64,000 nucleotides of DNA from Pecten maximus. Taxonomy: Eukaryota. The DNA lies in assembly GCF_902652985.1 (NCBI RefSeq), contig NC_047033.1:26288001-26352000 (forward strand). The letters are read 5' to 3'. The notes below the pieces were generated by a model. That model was not told the DNA's origin. It saw nothing but the letters and a program-made list of their open reading frames with translations, and did not search any database. A program made the position numbers and the translations under genes. This document shows positions 37,301-49,300 of the stretch, piece after piece; positions within the stretch are counted from its first letter, which is position 1; each line of letters starts with the position of its first letter.

Positions 37301-40300
37301 AAAATTTCATCAAAGTTCCCCTTTTGGGGCCCCGCCCCTCAGGCCCTAGTGGTCACACCAGCCTCATTTATATAAAATATGACCGCCCTCCCCAAATGAT
37401 GTTTCACAACATATCTGGTTGAAATCCACTAAAGGGTTAAGGAGGAGTAGGATTTTATAGCAAAATTTCATCAAAGTTCCCCATTTGGGGCCCCACCCCT
37501 CAGGCCCCAGGGGTCACACTAGCCTCATTTATATAAAATATGACCGCCCTCCCCAAATGATGTTTCACAACATATCTGGTTGAAATCTACTAAAGGGTTA
37601 AGGAGGAGTAGGATTTTATAGCAAAATTTCATCAAAGTTCCCCTTTTGGGGCCACGCCCCTCAGGCCCCAGGGGTCACACCAACTTCATTTATATAAAAT
37701 ATGACCGCCCTCCCAAAATGATGTTTCACAACATATCTGGTTGAAATCCACTAAAGGGTTAAGGAGGAGTAGGATTTTATAGCAAAATTTCATCAAAGTT
37801 CCCCTTTGGGGCCCCGCCCCTTAGGCCCTAGTGGTCACACCAGCCTCATTTATATAAAATATGACCGCCCTCCCCAAATGATGTTTCACAACATATCTGG
37901 TTGAAATCCACTAAAGGGTTAAGGAGGAGTAGGATTTTATAGCAAAATTTCATCAAAGTTCCCCTTTTGGGGCCCCGCCCCTCAGGCCCCAGGGGTCACA
38001 CCAACTTCATTTATATAAAATATGACCGCCCTCCCCCAATGATGTTTCACACCAAATTTAGCTGTAATCCACCCAAGGGTAAAGGAGGAGTAGGATTTTA
38101 TAGCAATATTCACCTAAGTTCCCTTTTTGGGGCCCCGCCCTTCTGGCCCCAGGGTTCAGACCAGCCTCATTTATATAAAATATGATTGCCCTCCCCCAAT
38201 GATGCTTCAAACCAAATTTGGAAGTAATCCACCCAAGGGTTAAGGAGGAGTAGCGTTTTGAAAGAAAAAGTTTACGGACGGCGCACGGCGCACGACGCAC
38301 GACGCCGGACGAAGCACGATGACAATAGGTCATCCTGACCCTTAACTGGGTCAGATGACCTAAAGATATGGAGGTCCCGGCCAGTCGACTATGTCATAGT
38401 CGGCGACCACCATATCTTTTAGTCGACTGGTCGGCGACTACCATATCTTTTAGTCGACTGGTTGGCGACCTCCATATCTTTTAGTCGACTGGTCGGCGAC
38501 CACCATATCTTTTAGTCGACTGGTCTATGACCTCCATATCTTTTAGTCGACTGGTTGCGACCTCCATATCTTTTAGTCGACTGGTTGTTACAACAAAGTC
38601 GCCCAAGGCCACTCGACAGATTTTTCAAGTAACAATCAAATATTTTATTATACCACTAATACATCACATGATTTATTTTACTCTACCTTGCTAGAATCTC
38701 GGCGTGTTCCTCCAGCATATCCTCAGTCATAGGGGCAGGTTCTTGTGTAACAGGAATGTACATTGATTCCTCAGAATCTATCAATTTGAGGTCTCCGAAC
38801 GGAGCCAGTCGCCCGACAGGTCCGTGGGTAAAGCTCTCTTTAAAGGCAGTGTCACTGTTGGAGTCCATACTGTCACCACTCCCCGGCTCCTCCTGCCCAT
38901 TATCACTATCAATATCACATTCATCAGCCTCTTTGTCCGGATCAGACAAGTGTTTTTTCCAGGAATCCTTCCTTTTAACCTGGTCATCCACACAGTCCTC
39001 AGGGTTTAGTTCCATACTGTCCTTACGAGATGTCGCTTCATCACATTCGAAAAACTCATCTTCACTTGAACTCTGCACATCCATGTGAGCTAGTTTTGTG
39101 GCTTTGTCACTTAAACTCGATAGTGATACACTCTTCTGTTTGAAATTTCCACTGGACATCGGCTGATCTGATTTACTATCAGCCGATGTCCTCCTCTCTG
39201 ACTGAGCGTGCCCCAAATCAGCACTTCCTGTGCCTTTATCTTTCTTTGTTTCTTCGCTTGCAAACATATTGTCCAAATTACCTTCATAGCCTTTATATAA
39301 TTGTTCACGCTTCATTTTTCGCTCAATGCAACAGTTAAGCATCTGAAATGAATAAAAATTTCCTTCATTAAACCTTTCAAAATATAATTCTCATGTTATG
39401 ACAGCTATGTTGTGTTTACCCATGCTTGTAACCTTACTACGTTAAATATCATACAAGGTTTCTTCTGAGTCAGTGCTTTTCTCTCTGGGTTAAATACAAA
39501 TGAACATACCATACTTGCCAACTTTTTAAAATTCTCATGGGGGAGAAAGTATGTGAGCGACATTTTTGACCGGAAAACACATTTCACGCGCGACACATTT
39601 AGCAAACAAAAACTAAGGGGAGATAATTTGCTATTGGAAAATAAATTCCTTGCATGAATACTTAAACTTCCTTCCCTCACTGAAAAAAAGGGGGAAAAAA
39701 CTTATTTCAAGCTTGGCCAATGATCTTTTTTATTCAAGTTTGGAAAGATAATTATATAAGCAACATGTTACAAAAAAATAGCTGCAAAATTACATCATTT
39801 TTAATTATTTCTGGAAATGATTTAACTCACCAGGTAGATATGTTATGAAAATTATGTTGTAAGATAGATGTCAGTCAATTAAATGCAAATTATCACAATG
39901 ATATCACCTTCTATCAAGCTTTAATTTCTCTCCAGCAGTAAACTTCAAAAGAAAATACCTAAAATGTCACGATAAATATCTAGAGTACAATATAATATCT
40001 GAATGAAATTTCAAAAAAAAAAAAAAAAAGGGCTGTACCAGCAGTTGTAATCAATTTAGGCTTACAACTCAGTACTTTGTAGCGCTAGCAGAGACATATA
40101 TACTGTATATATGTCTCTGTTTGTAGGTGGGGACTGATACATATGTACTTAAATTCAAAGTTTCAACACGACAGTATTTAGTTTAAGAAAGTGAGTATTT
40201 GTGGACATGTTTTTGTCTTTCAAAATGTGAATTGGGAAAGTTTCTGCCAAAATAAGTCTCTGCTAATTGAAACTAAGTATGCTGATGCTACGGTGATTGA

Positions 40301-43300
40301 AACGACGTTACCTACCGGCAACCAGGCCTTCGGTCTATATGGTCGTTATTGTGAATTTATTTCCTTGTGCTAATTATCTAAAGATCAGCCAATGTTTAAA
40401 TGTAGTTAAAATTTCAATAAGTAATCTGTCAAATTTGATACTCCGTTGATAACATTGCCAGTGTTGTTTTCACTTTTTCTGTCCGAGATATACTGTCAAG
40501 TAGAGGTCGTTTATGCGCTTGACATCAAAGGCAGTATACGAAGCCATGTACAAGCGTTTAATCAACCATGACTGACCTGCTACAAAACCATCACCACGCG
40601 TCCTCAGCTTAATTGGTTTTAATTAATTGTTTATTTATCGGGGTATTGTCACCCTTGCAGTCAGTGAAGTGTCAGAATTTCGTTACGGTCTGTAAGCAGG
40701 TCAGTTCACTGACCAATGCCCCACACGTCTTTCACTAGCCAGCAAGCGTTACCTGTCATAGGCCTAAATCAAACTAACAAGATGAATAGGGGCTCCATAC
40801 GGGGTTATCAAGACATATTCTCCAAAATCGGGAGAATACACTATGTTTTATCTATACGATCGGGAGACGGGGCAGGGAGTCTGGAATCGGGAAATTCCCG
40901 ACTAAATCGGGAAAGTTGGCAAGTATGACATACTTTATATCATTCTTCCTTAATTTCCCCCTTTTAAAATATAAACCAGGCTATCATCCATTCATTCTTC
41001 CAAAGATCATCTGTAACTTCTGTTACAGGTCACAGAAACTGTCATCTTCCTGTCTTTCTGGCTACTATCATACTTTCTGTGTTGCACTGGCTACTGTCAT
41101 AGACACGCTCACAGATTAGGATTAAGACTTACCTGTAGTTTTTGGTAGATCAGACACGTCCACAGGTTAATTAGGAGAAATACGTACCTGTAGTTTTTGG
41201 TAGATCAGACACGTCCACAGGTTAATTAGGAGAAATACGTACCTGTAGTTTTTGGTAGATCAGACACGTCCACAGGTTAATTAGGAGAAAGACGTACCTG
41301 TAGTTTTTGGTAGATCAGACACGTCCACAGGTTAATTAGGAGAAAGACGTACCTGTAGTTTTTGGTAGATCAGACATGATCCAAGGTTAGGAGCTCCAGG
41401 TTCAATACTGTACAGCAAAAAATAATCATAAGTTACAATTTGTGAACCAGGCAAGGATCATTTTTCAGAACATCAAACTTTTCACACAAACATAATTTAC
41501 TTTTAACAATTTTTACAACAAATACTGTTATGCATTAATTTTCAAGTTTTCGCAAAAACAATTTACCAGTAAGTTATAGATTTTTAAGATCTAAGTTTAT
41601 CTATTTCATCTATTAAATAAAACAACATTATAAATTAAAGTGATCTGTATACTCAAATTCTAAGAATGAGACTGGAGACATATATTACTCTTTGATGAAA
41701 CACTTATTTTTGATCTCCTAGTGGTACTGCATTTACAACATTCTCCGGACACTTACCATTAAATTAAACACTAATTCTCCCAGCGATACCTCACTCCCCA
41801 ACAATCTCCTGACATGTACCCTTTAATGAAACACTAATTCTCCCAGCGATACCTCACTCCCTAACAATCTCCTGACATGTACCCTTTAATGAAACACTAA
41901 TTCTCCCTGCGGTACCTCACCTCCAACCATCTCCAGACACTTACCCTTTAATAAAACATTAATTCTCCCAGCGGTACCTCACCTCTCACAATCTCCTGAC
42001 ACTTACCCTTTAATAAAACATTAATGCTCCCAGCGGTACCTCACCCCCAACAACTTACTGACACTTACCCTTTTATAAAACATTGATTCTCCAAATGGTA
42101 CCACACCTCGAACAATCTCTGGACACTTACCCTTTAATAAAACATTAATTCTCCCAGCAGTACCTCACCCCCAACAACTTACTGACACTTACCCTTTAAT
42201 AAAACACTAATTCTCCCTGCGGTACCTCACCCCCAACAACTTACTGACACTTACCCTTTAATAAAACACTAATTCTCCCTGCGGTACCTCACCTCCAACC
42301 ATCTCCGGACACTTACCCTTTAATAAAACACCAATTCTCCCAGCGGTACCTCACCCCCAACAACTTACTGACACTTACTCTTTAATAAAATATTAATTCT
42401 CCCAGCGGTACCTCACCCCCAACAACCTTCTGACACTTACCCTTTAATAAAACACTTGTTTTCCCAGCGGAACCTCATCTCCAGCACAAACTCCTGCCAG
42501 AGCTGGGCGACGCCCCGTAGACCCCCGTTACTGATGTTAATGATACACAGACAGACGGCCAGGCTGTGGACCAGGTTGTCACTGGGACAAGACTTCAACT
42601 GTTTGGAAAGGTTCTGGGAAATATAAATGTTCAGCATCATTAACACTTTCTATGATACTGTAAATGTGTAAATTTAGTGGTAATTATATTTTAGCACATG
42701 TTTATATTCTAATGGTAATCTTATTAAAGCACTTTTCGCTCTAGAAGTTCTCTGCTGAATTATGATTGTGCTAATTACATGTTGTAGACCTTGACTTTGA
42801 CCTACTTTCCATTGAAAATATGATGGCAAACTAATATGTTCACAGTAGCTCTCTCCCCCCCCCCCCCCCCTCTCTTTCTCTCTCTCCATCTTTCTCCATT
42901 GAATACTTCATCAAACCAACAGATTTTCTATCATCATATAACAAGTACAATTATAATGCCTTGATTCAACAGGCCTTCTTTGAGACCATTAACTAACAAA
43001 TGTATTCCTTAATATTAAAACTTTTTATTCAAATTTCAGCCAGAATTTTATCACACTTGGGCTATTACTGAAGAGACCATAACTATTTTATTTTCTATAC
43101 AGTTAAAATGTAAATATTATAATATACATTACCCTGATGACCTCTGTGTACCGGTTGTCAGACTCCGGAGCATCAACCTCTGTAGCGTCCATTTCTTTTT
43201 CTTCTTCTCCTTCCTCCTTCTGTTTGTCAAATGCATCTTTTGCATCCGGAAACAAGAGCTATGAAAGTCCAAACACAAGGCAGATATGAGGGATCATTAC

Positions 43301-46300
43301 ACAACCAATCATCCTTTATAATTTTAACAGAAATGGTCCATGGGGCCTGTATCAGTCATCTATCAGTTGCAATTTTGTTTTGTCAAGACAACGATACATT
43401 TTGAAATCAGCCTAAGCGCCCATATAACCAGATCGCCTCTAGACACACTTGTAGTTTAAAATACAAATAAATATCTAATTAAATCTTTTTTGTATGAAAT
43501 GAAGAATCAACAGCTAGTTACTAAGCTGCTAAAGAACTTGGGAGACAAACATGAACTTGCTGGTCAATGACAAATAAATGTATCTGTAAATTTAAAAGCA
43601 TCCTCAATACTCAAAGATTATCTTCACTTTCAATCTCTACACCCCCGGAATATGTCCAACCTAAATGTTCAAAGATCAACTTCACTTTCAATCTCTACAC
43701 CCCCGGAATATGTCCAACCTAAATGTTCAAAGATCAACTTCACTTTCAATCTCTACACCCCCGGAATATGTCCAACCTAAATGTTCAAAGATCATCTTCA
43801 CTTTCATTCCCTGAAAACAGACCTTATTGGTTAGCATAGTAACACTTCAGCACAAATGTAGGTCTAAGTTTGTATAGACTGTTTAAAACAGCCATATGAA
43901 TTGTTTACTATAACAACTCCCAGCTAGGTGTCATGTCACTCACCTCCAGAAGTTCGGTGAGAAGATCTGCCGATATTGGCGCGACCCCCGTCTTGACTGT
44001 CATGCGACTACTGGCGCGATTGACAACGTTGGATATGGACGGGATGCTGTAGCCTACGTTTGGCTCGGTCAGTCTCTGTAGAGCTTGGCTGATATCGCCA
44101 GTCTGGTCTACAAACCAATAATACATCAATCCATCAAACCAATGATACATCAATACATCAAACTAATAATACATCAATCCATCAAACCAATAATACATCA
44201 AACAAATAATACATCAATCCATCAAACCAATAATACATCAATCCATCAAACCAATGATACATCAAACCAATAATACATCAATCCATCAAACCAATAATAC
44301 ATCAATCCATCAAACTAATACATCAATACATCAAACCAATATTACATCGATCCATCAAACCAATACTACATCAATCCATCAAACCAATACTACATCAATC
44401 CATCAACCATATACATCAATACATCAAACCAATAATAAATCAATCCATCAAACCAATGATACATCAATCCATCAAACCAATAATACATCAATCCATCGAA
44501 CCAATAATACATCAAACCATCAAACCAATAATACATCAATCCATCGAACCAATAATACATCAAACCATCAAACCAATGATACATCAAACCAATGATACAT
44601 CAAACCAATAATACATCAATCCATCAAACCAATAATACATCAATCCATCAAACCAATAATACATCAAACCATGAAACCAATAATACATCAATCCATCAAA
44701 CCAATAATACATCAATCCATCAAACCAATGATACATCAATACATCAAACCAATGATACATCAAACCAATAATACATCAATCCATCAAACCAATAATACAT
44801 CAATCCATCAAACCAATGATACATCAAACCATCAAACCAATGATACATCAATACATCAAACCAATAATACATCAATCCATCAAACCAATAATACATCAAT
44901 CCATCAAACCAATAATACATCAATACATCAAACCAATAATACATCAATCCATCAAACCAATACTACATCAATCCATCAAACCAATAATACATCAATCCAT
45001 CAAACCAATAATACATCAATCCATCAAACCAATAATACATCAAACCATCAAACCAATGATACATCAATCCATCAAACCAATAATACATCAAACCATCAAA
45101 CCAATGATACATCAATCCATCAAACCAATAATACATCAAACCATCAAACCAATAATACATCAATCCATCAAACCAATAATACATCAAACCATCAAACCAA
45201 TGATACATCAATCCATCAAACCAATAATACATCAAACCATCAAACCAATGATACATCAATCCATCAAACCAATAATACATCAAACCATCAAACCAATGAT
45301 ACATCAATACATCAAACCAATAATACATCAATCCATCAAACTAATAATACATCAATCCATCAAACCAATAATACACATCAATCTATCAAACTAATAATAT
45401 GTCAATCCATCAAACTAAACAGTTTATGTTAACAAATTGATCATTATGATAATAAACTCATTATGATTTCAGAGTAAAAGAAACAGCATTTTAGCTGTAA
45501 ATTAAGTAGACAATAACTCATGCTTATATATTGTCTTTCCTTGTCTGCTTTCGGTGTCCCTGCAGGTAAACTCAATCAGTGACAACATAATCACTAATCC
45601 TAAAGAACAGCAGTGTTAACTGTTTTTTATCTCTTAAAACTACATGTGAATCTGACAACACACTGTATGTGCATGCTTTTTCAGAAATCTGATTTCAGTA
45701 ACATTCAAAATGAGACTGATCTGGAATTACAATGACCTTAACCTTTCAAGGTCATATGATTGTTAATGACTTCTGTTCTCAGGATGTATCAAAATAAGTA
45801 GAGGTCAATGAGGTCAAAGCAATCATCATCCAAGCGTCACATAAACAAACTAGATATTTGGGATCAGACTACCTATGAAACCTACCTGTCTCCTCCTCCG
45901 TCACCACCATATTCCAAAGAAGTTCCTCCGTACTCTCCTGTCGGTAACCATGCTTCACGAAGCTCTGTAGGTAATGGCCTTTATAGGAAATGAAACAATG
46001 ACTATACCTCAATCATCTATTATATAATCTTCAGCCTTTTAAACAAAAGACTCGGGATTGTTTTTCGCTACATAAGACATGTAAATATTATTTTTTCCAC
46101 CCAGATTTCCTAAGGAAACCTTTCCTGGTACACGGCTTATTAAGCACGCCCCTTTTGTGCTTTTGAAAGCACACAGTGCAATATTGAAATAATTCTGTGT
46201 TTCCAATATTTTTTCAATTAATTGTTGTATGTTATTATTATCCTGAAGTGACCCAGGTGACACATCTCAAACTAAGATTACAGAGAGTCCAAGCTCAATA

Positions 46301-49300
46301 GAGATGAAGTCCAGGAAGGCACAGATGTTTCAGTTTGTAGCTTATTCAGCTGATTCATACCTAATAAACAGTTGGGGTCATCCGACATGCCAATCTTTAC
46401 TGACCACTGAGGAGCCTGGAGAGGGTCAAGGTCACTGAAAATATATTTAAGTATAATAAGCAACTTAACTGTTAAAGTATAATTTTTCTAAAGGTTTAAA
46501 AAATAAAAAAAAACACTGATGATATGAGTAAGTTTAAAAGCTTGATTCTGATTGGTTGGAAAAGCTTGATTCTGATTGGTTGTAGAACTGAGCAGGGATC
46601 ATCAATCAATGAATGGGTTATGTTTCATAAATACTTGCCAGGGACATAGACCATATAAATAACTTGACACGTTGTCATGGGTAAAAATGTTATATATCAG
46701 GGGTTCACTAGTAAGGAAACCTGTGTGGATGTTCTGAGATTTACTTACAGAATTCTATATCACAATGATGGCTTAATGTGATCGTTCAATGTGTTCACAA
46801 AAACATGGTTCAAGAGATGTTTGAGGAACTTCAGTTCAAATGATAGTTCATAGTGCAGTTGTTCACAAAAAAAATCATAATTTCCAAAATAAATATCACA
46901 GATGGAAAGAGCTTCAGTGTGAGATCATTTACAGAAATTATCTCTGAGAACTATTTCAGTAAAATATCTACCCAATGGGAAGACGCTAGGTTTGTCATCA
47001 GGGACCACCCATAATTACGATTTAATTCAAACAGCATTTTCCCCAGCATCAATTGTGCATAGAATTTCTTTATTTCAGGATTTCTCCCAATGGATATTTA
47101 ATTTATTTCATTAGCCAAGAGATGTTTAAATAATTTTAAAAAAAATCTCGAAAAATATCTTAATAAAGATAATATGCAGACATTTCTTACCCATAATCCT
47201 CCCAAGCTGACATGCCTACAGTAATATAGACATGAATCTGAGTTTTATACTGTAGTTACCTGTAATTCTGGTTCTCAACAATCATATCCTCTGACAAACT
47301 CGGCCAGGTACAGGCGAGACGCAGTTCACTGAAACAGGGTAATTTTTATATTAGAAAGACAATACACACACATTCTCAGACAAACTCGGCCAGCCACGAC
47401 GCAGTTCACTGAAACAGGGTAATTTTTATATTAGAAATACAATACACACACATTCTCAGACAAACTCAGCCAGCCATGACACAGTTCACTTAGACAGGGT
47501 AATTTTTATATTAGAAAGACAATACACACACATTCTCAGACAAACTCGGCCAGCCATGACACAGTTCACTTAGACAGGGTAATTTTTATATTAGAAAGAC
47601 AATACACACACATTCTCAGACAAACTCGGCCAGCCATGACACAGTTCACTGAAACAGGGTAATTTTTATATTAGAAAGACAATACACACACATTCTCAGA
47701 CAAACTCGGCCAGCCATGACACAGTTCACTTAGACAGGGTAATTTTTATAGATGTATTTAATTAAAAAAACCCAATATACATCAAGTACTCAATTCCCCA
47801 GGTTTAGACTTATTTCTAATTACAACATAAACTAATATATAGTATATTGTTTAGATGTAAAATTTCATGCGGCTGTTTTTTTTTTTTAATTTATTGTCTT
47901 GGATCTTAAATAGTTTGCTGAACACCCATTTTTAAAGATACTGCAGTAAAAAATTCTATACATTTGTGTATACATTGTTAAAATCCAACATTACCAACAA
48001 CAGTAAAACTAGTTTATGACAAATTCCACAGGACCAGAGGAAACAGTTTGTTATATCCGCGAAATTTGTTATACAGTTTTGAAAATTATCATATTGAGTC
48101 AAATTCATGATTTAATTTTTTACTCTATACAATAATTTTTTTTTTTCATTATCAAAAATAAAATTAAAAGTTGAACATATACATAATAATGTTACATATA
48201 CAAAATGGCCGCTCACCTCACTGGGTCTTCACTCGCTCCAAAAGGAAGACTATTAAAGGATGTACACCCGATCTCATCCTCCATCAGTGAAGACAGATCT
48301 AAGGGAGATAATCCGGTTTTGGTTTACGATGTGTACATACACAATTCATCACAGAGTTGCAAGATACAATGATTTCAATATCATCATAAATATATCACAT
48401 AATTTTTTCGAATTTCAAATTGGAGAAAATTAAAGTCTTCAAAACCAATAAATGTTTACATGTATAATGTTTTATCTGACAAAAATAGCGAAACAAAAAA
48501 TCCATTTCAGCTGTTCTAAACAACAAACTCAGTAAAGAAATTCAACTTCAGTATGAATGCAAGGTATAAGATGTCTGCAGAATTCAAATGTAAAAATCTT
48601 AGTGTGAAAGTGAGAGAGACTTCCCATAAAATAGTTATATGGCTGGAAGGTAAAATGTAGGATCTAGGTGTATATGTATATGGTATCTGTATTGATGAGA
48701 AAATCCCAGCAGGAATTGGAATATGCACTTTGACCTTTCCACATGACACCTGTGAGACAATGGCTGGTTTACAACATACTAATATATATATGAAACAATG
48801 AGTAAGTTACGACTGATACTCATTAAGGTAGGCAGCAAACTTTTTATATTGATCTGGTAATTGTATGAGTACACCTTAAACCTACATCAATTAACCTTTT
48901 CAACCCTAAGAAACTTAAGTGGACTCTTCCAATCAATCATCATTTGAAGTCCAATATGGTCAGTAGGGGTGAAAGGGCTAGCGCTAATGTTCAGGTAGAT
49001 ATTTGTTGTAGTGAAGAAATTTGGATGGAGTGACAAGACTGACATTCCTAAATTCAGTTAGATTCATCAACATTTAAATATATTTTGTATCAGAATGGTG
49101 TTTTACAGAAACCATACATATCAAACAGAATAAGCATTTAACACAATGTAATTCACCACTCCAATTTCCCATACAGACATTAAATGCTTTTATAAGAGAA
49201 TATATTCAATGAACAAGTTTTCTTCAAATGTATAAATATCAAATACTGTGTATGTTCCCAAGGATAAACTTCACACAGAGACTTAAACTTGATAATATAC

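Noticed and set aside
44085-45432. IHQTNNTS / YYWFDGLM repeat ORFs
   Set aside because: A 24-bp minisatellite open on both strands.
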